Assembly: GCA_050613775.1 (NCBI GenBank)
Contig: JBODTK010000158.1
Coordinates: forward strand, 62,001-126,000
Reading direction: 5' to 3'
Length of the DNA stretch: 64,000 bases
DNA from: Neocallimastix sp. 'constans'
Lineage: Eukaryota
In this document: in pieces, positions 52,701 to 64,000 of the stretch
Layout: the number at the start of each line of letters is the position of its first letter
Numbering within the stretch: the first letter of the stretch is position 1
Made by a program: the position numbers and the translations under genes
Notes under the pieces: generated by a model
The model's input: only the letters and a program-made list of their open reading frames with translations
Told to the model about the DNA's origin: nothing
Databases searched by the model: none

Positions 52701-53080
52701 TAAAAATTATAGCAAAAAAATCATAGCTAATAGAATCTCTAAATATGGAATTGATGAAGGATTTATAAGACCTAAACAATATAGATTTTGTAATTGAGAA
52801 GAATGTATAAGTCTTTACACTACATTAATAATTATATGTCAGAGAAGGAAATTTGAAAATAAAGATACTTAACCTTGCTTTTTTGGACTTTAAAAAAGCG
52901 TATGACTCAGTGCCCATATATAATGTATTTAATGAAGATTTGTCACTTAGGTAAGTGCTATAATTTTATTAAAAATTTATACTACTTATCTTCCAAGGCC
53001 TGTGTAAAGGTTGATGAACAATTATCAGAATCATTTAGTAAGTTCATTAATGATATTTTTAATAATCAGGTTTCAATTTC
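49735..53080 (+). mobile_element. Degenerate, 3'-truncated non-LTR retrotransposon related to the upstream element
   Basis: Shares leader motifs (TGATAATCGAT; AAGAGATTGATTCACTC). Broken reading frames contain FIHGIRSW, S*NTNGW, QET, GDFN, DIDH, SDHKP, KACGPDG, YRGISL and LDFKKAYDSV. The GVRQGCPLSP block is deleted and the homology ends after FINDIF. Confidence 0.9.
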
Positions 53081-53432
53081 TTAATTAATAATAGTGATGA
53101 TTAGGATTTATAGTTTTTTTTTTTTTTTTTTTTTTTTAATCTATAATAGAATAATTTTTGTATATCGTATTTCTAATGATATTTAAAATTAGATTGAATG
53201 GAGAAATGATAAGGTAGAAATGAAAAATATGATATAAATTCAAAATCAAATTTAAATAAAAATTTTTAATAATTTTAATTTCTATGGAATTTTTTATCAT
53301 CGAAGAATAAGAAGAATACGAAGAAGAATAAGAAAAATAAGAAAAGTTAGAAGTACTCTCTTTCTCAAAACTTATAATGACATAATTTTTTATTTTTTTT
53401 TTAATTTTTATTATTTTATTTTTTATTTTTTA

Positions 53433-53468
<36 letters not shown>

Positions 53469-53654
53469 CATATATTTTAATGAAATAATTAAATATTTCT
53501 AACTTTTTTTATATTAATAATATTATTATTAATATAAATATTATTTAATTTTTTTTTTTATACATTTTTAATAAAATAATTAAATATTCTAAAGTTTAAC
53601 TTCTATTACTAGGAAAAGAAGTGGGCATAAACAAATATATATATATATATATAT

Positions 53655-53852
<198 letters not shown>

Positions 53853-54099
53853 AAGATAAATACAATAATTATTAATAAATAAACATATAATGAATTTTTG
53901 ACTCACTGACTTGAATAATAAAAAAAAAAAAAAGAAGGGAAATATTAATAAATATTTAAATTATATATAAAATAAAAAAAAATTTTTTTCTATTATTTTA
54001 AGAAATAATTAAAAATTCTAGATATAATATAATAAATTTAAGATTGGTCTCTAAAAAAAAATAATTAAATTACAAGTTTTTTAATAAGATCAAAGGAAT

Positions 54100-54260
54100 A
54101 TTCCAAAAATTTTAAAAAAATGACGAATCCTGATGATCATAAAGATCTTATGCCACCTTTGTAGATAAACAAACCAAACAATTTGGGATGAATATTAGTC
54201 ACTTCGCTTTATGGGCCCTAACGAAACTTCAAAGTCCAGTCCAGTGTTACAGGTTATAGT

Positions 54261-54326
<66 letters not shown>

Positions 54327-54460
54327 ATAGTATTAAAAACTAATTAATAAAAAAAATATGATCAATATATTTGTAAATTAAGTATATTTTTCATATATGC
54401 GCATTATCTTTGAAAATTTGATAAAAAAAAAAGATATAAATGATCTTTCTATTCTTGTTC

Positions 54461-54493
<33 letters not shown>

Positions 54494-54758
54494 CGTTGGC
54501 TTCTGGATGCCTTGGACCAACAACAACAACAAAAAAAAAACAAAGTTCCATAAAAGGTGTTAGTCATTTGCTTTTTTTTTTTTTTTTTTTTTGTAGTATC
54601 AGCAATGAACTATCGTCCATTTGTCCCAGTAACAATCAATTCCAGGAAGACCCTGTCTCGAGAAGATCTTCTTGGAGGAATGCCATAAAGTTCTTGGGAC
54701 TTTATAAATTTTTAAAGTTGATGCTTCCACCCATTTCGTAACATAAGTCCATAAGAAC

Positions 54759-54808
<50 letters not shown>

Positions 54809-55056
54809 AAATACCATTGGGTTTTGATATTTCAGTATGGGAGAGATCGAGAAGATTGAGACCTTCCCTTTATTCTTCTTCGAAGTTCATTCTTCACTGG
54901 AGAAGAAATAGCTTAAAGTGTTGAACCATTCATTAACAGTAATGTTTTCCTTTTTCAATATAGGAAAACCTTTTACTGCCTTTTTAATTTCAATAAAGGA
55001 CATTCTGTTATTCCTTTGAGTAAGAGTAGAAGTAACTGAGTTTTCATTTATATGTG

Positions 55057-55060
<4 letters not shown>
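54100..55060 (-). mobile_element. Decayed Ty3/gypsy-like LTR retrotransposon relic (integrase core plus possible gag-like fragment)
   Basis: The minus strand, read across frameshifts, gives IVLMD..TKWVEA (~54760-54722), IFSRQGLP/ELIVT (~54668-54628) and PRHPEANGFV (54515-54486). These match the rve integrase D,D,E region. An upstream fragment reads MSFIEIKKAVKGFPILKKENITVNEWF. Homopolymers interrupt the relic. Confidence 0.75.
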
Positions 55061-55093
<33 letters not shown>

Positions 55094-55133
55094 AAATTAT
55101 TTTTAATATAAAGAAATTACACAAGAAAAAATT

Positions 55134-55236
55134 TTTAATTTAGAGTACCCTTAATAATATTTAATTTTAATTTAGAGTACCCTTAATAATATTTAATTTT
55201 AAAATAGAGTACCCTTAATAATATTTAATTTTAAAA
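55134..55236. repeat. ~32-bp tandem repeat x3
   Basis: TAGAGTACCCTTAATAATATTTAATTTTAA occurs three times, in what may be the leader of the LTR relic. Confidence 0.85.
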
Positions 55237-55794
55237 TTCGCTCATATTCTTCACCGCTTAATAAAATTTTCTCCAAACACTATTGTTTAAAGAGAAACTA
55301 TATAAAATGAGACCATTTTATTACTTCGTTAAAGTCCTTGTAAAGTAACCTTTATTATTTATATTTACCTCTTAAATATAGATTATATTTTCACTATATT
55401 TAGTGTACACTACAAATAAATATAAAAATAATTTATGAAATAACACTAATAATTAATAAACCCGTATTATAAATTATACTAGTTATATATATATATATTA
55501 TTTATTAATATTCCATTATTAAGCTACCGTATTTTTTCTTTTGTTTACTTTTTTCTCTTCTTCAAAAATAAACAAAAATTGACCTTTATTTTATTATTAT
55601 TATTGAACAAAGTTTTAAATTAATTTTACAATTCAATATATTTTTAATATATTTATAACTTTTCTAATTAATTAATAATCTTATTTTATAATAGTTTATT
55701 TTATTTTATTTTATTTATATTTTATTTTATTTTATTTTTTTAGTTTTATTTTATTTTATTTTATTTTATTATATTTTATTTTATTTTATTTTAT

Positions 55795-56130
55795 TTTATT
55801 CAATCTGTACTTTATATTCATATTCTACTATTTATTTTATTTTATTTTATTCAATCTGTACTTTATATTCATATTCTACTATTTATTTTATTTTATTTTA
55901 TTTTATTCAATCTGTACTTTATATTCATATTCTACTATTTATTTTATTTTATTTTATTTTATTTTTTTTTTATTTTATATACTTGTACTTTTATATTATT
56001 ATATTCAATATTTATTTTATTTATATATATATTTTTTATATTTTATTTATATTTTATTTTATTTTATTTTATTTTATATACTTGTACTTTTATATTATTA
56101 CATTCAATATTTATTTTATTTATATTTTAT
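55795..56130. repeat. ~50-55-bp tandem repeats embedded in (TTTTA)n
   Basis: TCAATCTGTACTTTATATTCATATTCTACTA occurs three times, followed by two ACTTGTACTTTTATATTATTA variants. Confidence 0.8.
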
Positions 56131-56661
56131 TTTATTTATATTTTATTTTATTTATATTTTTTTTTTTTAGTTTTATTTTATTTTTGCTATTTGATTAATT
56201 AAGAATAATTTTATAATTTTAATGAAATTGAATGTGATCTTTTTTTTTCTTATTTAATAACAAGATAAATATTTAAAATATAAAAATATAATCAGTGGAT
56301 AAAACATAAATCTAATGATATCATCTGAACATTTTATTTTTATATGTTAATAATGTTATTATTACATAAAATATAAAATATATTAAGTTATACCAGAAAC
56401 TATAAAATATAAAATATATAAAGTTATACCAGGAACTATTATTGATATGCAACTATATTAAACTTTATTTCTAACAAATAATAAACATATAACCATATCC
56501 ATAATTACAGTATTTAATTTTTATTATTATTATTATTTCATAATTTATTATTATATTGTTGCTTACTAAATGATTTATTTAAAGAACATCTATAAATGTT
56601 TTGTATTCTTCATAATAATAAAATAAAATTTAAATTAAAGAATAATGTATAAAATAAAAAA

Positions 56662-56740
<79 letters not shown>

Positions 56741-58181
56741 AAACAGAACAATAATTGTTTCAATATTTTATTATAAATATTATATATTATTACATTTAGA
56801 ATTAATAATTAATATATATAATAATTGTTTCAATTTTTTATTTATAAATTTTATTACATTTTATTACATTTAGAATTAATAATTAAAATAAATAAATATC
56901 TATCTATCTATTTATTTATTTTTATTTTTTCTTATAATTATTTATTTTTTTTAATTTTTTTTCTTCTTTTACTTCTTTTACTTCTTTTCTTTTCTTTTCA
57001 TTTTTTTTTTATTTTTATTTTTATTTTTATTTTAATTATTTTTTATTCTTGATTTAAATAAAATAATTGAAAAAAAAAAAATTTTTTTTTCTATTCTTAT
57101 TTGAATAATTGTTTTTCATTTTTATAAAATATAAATATTATAATGATACAAATTAAATGAAAAAAAAATTCTTTTTTCTATTGTTTTAATAAATAAATTA
57201 AAAATATTTTTAATTTAAACAAATTTAAAAAAAAAAAAAAAAAAAAAATATTTTAACTATAGAGATCTAGCTTTTTCTTTATTCTTTATTCTTTATTCTT
57301 TATTCTTTATTATTTATTTATTATTTATTATTTATTATTTATTATTTATTATTTATTATTTATTATTTATTATTTATTATTTATTATTTATTATTAATTA
57401 TTTATTATTCAATTATTTATTATTTATTATTTATTATTTATTATTTATTTATTATTATTTATTTATTATTTATTATTTATTATTCAATTATTTATTATTT
57501 ATTATTTATTTATTATTATTATTATAATTTCTTATTATTTATTTTCCATTTTATAAATATTCATAGCTTTATATTATTTGAAATTTAAAAATGATAAAAA
57601 TAAATAAATATAAAAAAAATAAATATAAAAAAAAAAAATAAATAAATAATAAAACTAAAGGTAATATCTTTAGTTTTATTAATTAATCATATGATATAAA
57701 ACATATGTGTAGTAACATATTTGTATATTTAATTTTATTATAATTATAATTATAATATTTTAATTCATATAAAATTTATATAGTTCTATATATTAGAATA
57801 TATAATTAATATATTACCTATATCTTATAAATAGATTAAATTATTTATATTAGAAATACTCTCTTGTAAATATGAATATTAAAATTTTATTAATAAATTT
57901 TACTAAACAACCATTATATAAAAACCCACTCTGCTTATAAATTATTACACATAAAAGTCCCTCATATCACATATATTCTGGGAATAGTTAACAAAAAAAA
58001 ATTAATAATAGGTTAATATTTATTTTTTGTTTAATCAGAAGTCATTTATTTAATTCCTTTTTTTTTTTTTTTAATTGTTATTGCTTAAAAAAAAAAAAAA
58101 GAAAAATAAAAAAAAAATTTCTATTTATATCTATATATTAAATAAATATTATTTATATATTAAATATATAAGTTTATTATT

Positions 58182-58254
58182 GTTTATTATTGTGTTACTT
58201 GTAATTATCTAAATATATAATATTTAGTCAATTACAGGTAACACAATAATAAAC
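58182..58254. repeat. Near-perfect 73-nt hairpin
   Basis: Nested pairings GTTTATTATTGTGTTAC/GTAACACAATAATAAAC, TGTAATT/AATTACA and CTAAATA/TATTTAG enclose a small loop. Confidence 0.85.
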
Positions 58255-59839
58255 TTATTCTATCTATATCCTATTTTAATATTTTCTATTTTTTTTTTTT
58301 TTTTAAAAAAATAATATTATGTTTTTTTTTTTTAAAAAATAAAATAAATTTATTCTTTATTTTAAATATTTTTCATTTTTACTATTAACAGATATTAATG
58401 TAGTGTTAATAAAAAAAATTATAATAACAATGATGATAATGGACAATTTTGTACTTTTATAAATACTAATATTAATATTAGCATTACCATTAAATACTTC
58501 TATCATTATTTATAAATAATAATAATAAAATAATAAGAAATAAAAATAAAATAAATAATAAATATAACTATATATATATATTTTTAACTATCATCATATT
58601 AATATTTTATTATTATTTCCTCTGTTTTAGTATCATTTTTATTATTAATTGATAAAGTTAATATTATTTAAAATGAAATTATTATTCTGAAAGAAAATAT
58701 TGGTAAATTCCTGTTAATAAACAAGCATAAAATATACTTCTCAAAGTCAGAATCTCACTCATAAAAACATTTTCATAAAAAACCTGAAACATAGGAAACA
58801 AAATATTAAATTTTTAAAGTCTCCAATAATAAGGTCAACCCACCACTCCATTATGTATATGAATTTGAAAGTAATTAAAAAAGTAATCCTCAATTATACA
58901 TTTTTTTGAATTGTATTAATTTTATTTTATCGGTTTACTATGATAAAATCTGGAAAGAACAATAACTAAAAATATCTATTTTAATTTTTTTTTTTTTTTT
59001 AATAATTTATATTGATAATCTTTAATTTTGTTCTTCATTTAATATTAAAATAATTTTTTTAGAAAAAAAATATTCATCATAATATTTTAAAATTATTTAA
59101 TGACACTTTTTTTGAAAGTTCTCATTTTTTTTTTTTTTTTTATTAGTGGATTACATCTGGAATAATAAACTTTATTCATAATATTTATTTCATTAATTTA
59201 TTTGTAAAAGTTTATAAACTGTTTTAATAAAATTTAAAGTTATTAATTAAAAGTTTATAAACTATTTTAATAAAATTTAAAGTTATTAATTAAAAGTTTA
59301 TAAATTATTATATATGAAAATAAAAAAGAATAATTCAAATATTTTATTATTTAAATTTTTAATTCTAATAGAATATTTATTTAAAAAAAAATTTACATAT
59401 TTTTATGTTAACTTTTTCATTAATTTCAAAATAATAAAAATCATTTAAACCGTCATATAATTATTAATAATATTAATTTTTTTTTGTATTGAGCAATCAG
59501 TATTATTAATAATTTTTAGAAAAAAAAATTTTTTAATATAAATTTTTTTATTTAAAGATTGCGGTTTTAATTATATCTTAAAATTATAGGAATTTTTTAT
59601 TAATACGGTTTATGTTCAAATATATATATATATATATAAATTGTTTAATTTAAGTAATTGCGGCATGATTTTTTTTATTCTTTTATCTTTTTCTAAATAT
59701 CAAATAATAATACTAAGTTAAAATTAAGGGTTTAAAGATATATATGTATATAATTATAGGGAGGAAGGCTTTTCTTTTTTTTTTTTTTTTTATTTTTGAA
59801 ATAATATAAATTTTCTTTAATATATATATTTTAAATTTT

Positions 59840-60080
59840 ATAGAATTCCTTTAAAAAAATATTTTTGAATAGCAATTATTAACTTTATACAAGTATTATA
59901 TTTGTTTTTGATTATTACATTATAAAATACCAAAACATAATATATAGAATATATAGAATTCCTTTAAAAAAATATTACTTAAATAAATATATTTAAATAA
60001 ATATAGCAATTATTAACTTTATACAAATATTATATTCGTTTTTGATTATTTTGATTTTAAATACCAAAATATAATATATT
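59840..60080. repeat. Two-copy ~110-125-bp direct duplication
   Basis: ATAGAATTCCTTTAAAAAAATATT...ATAGCAATTATTAACTTTATACAA...AAATACCAAAA occurs twice. Confidence 0.75.
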
Positions 60081-62187
60081 ATTGTTAAGTAATATATAAT
60101 ATAGAATAATAACTATTATAATATTGTAACATATGTAATATTCCTATATCTTTTAAAATATTATAATTATTTTGAAATGTGAATTATTATTACTAAAAAT
60201 AATATCAAAATACATTATCAATATATATATAAAATCAATACTAAATATATAATATTGAAATAGTATTATAAATTATTAATATAATATAATATTACTATAT
60301 ATTAAAGTTATTTTCATATATTTTTATATGTAATAAAATTAATAATGTTACTCTTTCTAAATATTTCATGAATTATTATTGAATATTATCATTACTGTTA
60401 CATATTCTTTATCACTATTAATTTAAATTTAAGCAGATAAATAATATTTTATTTTTATTTTTTTATATAAGGAAAGGTATACTTTCTCATTAAATAGTAT
60501 TTAAATTATTATAATATTTTGTTAAAGGTCATACTACATAAAAGAAAAATAAAGTTGTAATTAAAAATTATATGAAAATAAAATTAAACTTATTAAAATT
60601 AAATTAAAATGTTTTTAAATATATTTTAAAATTTGATCAAGAACCATCCTATTAAAGTTTATATATATTTTTTGTATTAAAATTTTATTTACTATATATT
60701 TATTATTTTATATATAAATAATTAAAAAAAAAAATTATATCCATTTATAGTATCTAGTATCTTTTTTTTTTTTTTTTTTTTTTTCATTTTATATTTTCTA
60801 TATATCCAATTATATATTCAATTATATATTTTTTATATATAATTTTTTTTATCTATATAATAAATAATATATATAATTTATTATTATATATGTTTAAAAC
60901 ATTTATTAAATTGTATTTTTAATAAAATGTAACATATACAAATTTTAATTAAAAAAAAAAAAAAAAGACCATTATAATTATATAATAATTATATATTTAT
61001 ATTTATACCACCACTGATATAATTTTATCATTATTATTATTTATATAATAATAAATTTAATTTTTATTATTATTTTTTTTTGTTAAAAAATATAAATAAT
61101 TATTTATTTATTTCTATTAAAAAAATATTTATTCAAAATAATAAATAATAGGTCTAGTTTTTTTTTTTTTTTTTTTTTTTAAAAATTTTTGTTATAAAAT
61201 AATCATTTCTTAATAAATTATTATTAATATCAAAATATTGTTCAAATCTAGTTTTTTCTTTCTTTCTTTTTTTTTTTTTTAAATTTTTGTTAATCTATTG
61301 TAATAAATTATTATTAATGTCAAAATATTGTTCAAATCTAGTTTTATTATTATTATTATTATCACTTAAACCTACTTAAATATATATATGTTTATGAATA
61401 AAGTCATGATCTTGAATTAATGATATAAATAATTCTTATTTATTAAAAAATATTTCCACCTTAACTTCAATAAATAAAAATATGAATAAAATACAAAATA
61501 ACTAATATTCTATAATATTAATCCTTTTTTTTTTTTTTTTTAAATTATAATATATTATTTTTTTTAACATTTATTCTAAATAATTAAATAATTAAATCTT
61601 ATTTAATACTATTTTTTATTTGTTTTATTCACCATCCAATAATGTCTTTATAAATTATATTAAATTTAAAAAAAAAAAAAAAACAAGAATTATTTATTTA
61701 AAAAAAATTTTTTTTTCTTAAATTAATTTTTTTTATATATATATATAAAATAAAAAATATTTTTTTTAATATATTTCAAATATATTGACATTTTAATGAT
61801 CATTAATAACAATAATTTTTATAATTTAAATATTATACATATATTTATATTAATTTTATAGAAAACTCTAATTATTATTAATTTTTTTTATACAAATTAT
61901 ATTAATTTTTTAATTTATATTTTTGAAAAATATATATATATATAAAAAAAATCATTTCATTTTATTTTTTATTTTATTTCTTTGAAAAACAATTTAAATA
62001 GAAAAAAAAAAAAATTAATATAAAAAACAAAAATTTTAAAATAAAAAATAAAAATTTTAAATTAATAAAAAATATTTTAAACAACCTTTAATAAATTAAG
62101 AAAAAATTGAAAGAAAAATAAAAATAATTTAAAAAAAAAATAATATTTTGGTTTTTATAAATAAATAAATAAATAATAATAAATAAA

Positions 62188-62691
62188 ATGAAAAGCATAA
62201 TAAATATTTTTTTATTTATGAGCATAATTGCTCTTTTATATAATTCTATTAATGCAAGAAGTATCGAAGATAGTTTATCACATGAAAAACATAAAAATGT
62301 TGAAAATAGTGATAATTTCTATGTTATATTTATAAATAATTCTATATTAGCTTCTAAACAAGCCAAAGAAGTTCATAAAGATAATAAATATGCATTTGCT
62401 TCTATGATTCATGAAATTCATGATTTAATTGTTAATAATAAGAATACTTTTGATAATATTGAGAAATTTAATAGAGTTAATGAGAAAGAAATAAATTCTA
62501 GTAGAAAGGAAATTGAAGAAAAGTATTTGATGAATGAAGGTGACTCAAACCTTGTTTTCCCAATTTCTTCACTGAAAGATCAAATTATTCTTCGTGCTTA
62601 TCTTTCAACAAAATTAGCAAAGGAAATTAAATCAATAGATTATGTAATTGACTGTATTCCATATGTTAATTATATTGAATACAGTTATTAA
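62188..62691 (+). CDS. Secreted 167-aa protein resembling a subtilisin (S8) propeptide / I9-type inhibitor domain
   Basis: Classic signal peptide (MKSIINIFLFMSIIALLYNSINA) with AAAATG context and coding-like composition. The pattern YVIFINN...IHDLIVNNK...LVFPISS....LRAYLS..LAKEIKS...VIDCIP recalls gut-fungal subtilase prodomains. This is recognition from memory, not a search. Confidence 0.75.
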   Translation: MKSIINIFLFMSIIALLYNSINARSIEDSLSHEKHKNVENSDNFYVIFINNSILASKQAKEVHKDNKYAFASMIHEIHDLIVNNKNTFDNIEKFNRVNEKEINSSRKEIEEKYLMNEGDSNLVFPISSLKDQIILRAYLSTKLAKEIKSIDYVIDCIPYVNYIEYSY

Positions 62692-63680
62692 ATAAATGAT
62701 TAATATTATCCATTCTGAGTGGTAATATTAATTATTGTAATACAAATTAACTTTAAAAGTGATATATACCCTATTTATTAAAATATATATACAATTTATA
62801 AATAAATTGTTTTATTATAGAATTTTTTTTTTTTAAAAAAAAAAAATTATAAGAAAACCAAATACTATATATAAATAAAATAAAATAAAATAAAATAAAA
62901 TACCATTTGTAAAAGTACAACAAAATTATTATTAATATCTAATTATATTAATAATGATATTATGAATAGATAAATATAGAATAAAATACTTTTAATTTAT
63001 TAAAATTCATATTATTTTTTGATATATAATATACTTTTTATTAGAGTAATTTAGATAAAAATAAAAAATTATGCTTTTTGATTTATTTTAAAAGTTAAAA
63101 AAGACCAAGAAAAAATGTTTAATATATATATATAAGATAAAAGATGAAAAAGTGTAAAAATTATAAAAGTTTTGAAATAAGTACTAAAGTACTAATAAAA
63201 AAAAAATAAAGTATTAAATAAAAATAATTAAAAAGTAATAAAAGATTTTTTCTTGTTGTTATAGCTTTTGTTCATTTGGTTATTTAATATATGGATACCT
63301 TTGATGTATTATATCTTTTTGTGTTTAAAAAAATTTATAATATTATTTATTGATTGATTTTTAAATAATAAATATTTATAATATTAACTAAAATGAAAAA
63401 ATTTGTTATTTTAATATTGATATATTTTTTATTTTTATTATTTTTTTTTTTTCTTATAGTTATTTTTTTTTAATTTATTTTTTTTTTTTTTTTTTAAATA
63501 ACATATTCAAATATTAAATTTGTCAAAAATTCTAATAATGTGTAAAATCTCCTTCATAATAAATGATTAATATAAAGTTAAAAAAAAAAAAGAGTCTTTT
63601 TAATAATAATAAAATAAGAATAATCTAATTTTTTATTAATAATGTTTTAATTATTAATTATTTTTGTTATTATATTAAAA

Positions 63681-63712
<32 letters not shown>

Positions 63713-63787
63713 TCATTTAACATTAAATTTTAAAATAAAAGTATAGAAATAAATAAAACATTAATGATGGAATGATTTAATAAATTA

Positions 63788-63824
<37 letters not shown>

Positions 63825-64000
63825 AGTAATCAAAAAAAAATATATATATATATATATACATATGTGATTATTTTATAATTTAAAAAAAAAAAATATATAA
63901 AAAATTAAAAATATATAAATTATATATTAGTTCAAAAAAAAAAAAAAAAAAAATTCATATTAGTTAGGGTCCATAATTAATATTAAAATAATTATTTTTA

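Noticed and set aside
54128..54235. Hammerhead ribozyme (CTGATGA at ~54130, CGAAAC at ~54222)
   Set aside because: I could not build stems I-III around the core, and the region belongs to the LTR relic on the other strand.
54397..54741. 114-aa plus-strand ORF
   Set aside because: It is the antisense frame of the decayed integrase and is full of homopolymers.

Overview
Extremely AT-rich eukaryotic DNA with GT-AG introns, long homopolymers and microsatellites. It is most consistent with an anaerobic gut fungus (Neocallimastigomycota); this is inferred from base composition, intron style and eukaryotic pyruvate formate-lyase. The window holds a PFL gene-family cluster of four intact 733-aa copies. 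Their single intron after ATGCAAG is 99 nt, 101 nt, absent, and 608 nt respectively. Two decayed PFL copies have lost the radical glycine. Also present: a head-to-head pair of unknown 63/65-aa microproteins; a 5-exon putative DNA-binding protein with a 5-nt microexon; and an intact single-ORF APE-RT non-LTR retrotransposon with an extra N-terminal RRM-like domain, followed by a dead relative. Smaller elements are a Ty3/gypsy integrase relic, a Mutator-like MITE with a 9-bp TSD, several near-perfect hairpins, and a secreted 167-aa protein resembling a stand-alone subtilisin propeptide. Exon structures were spliced by hand. Family assignments come from motif recognition, not database searches.
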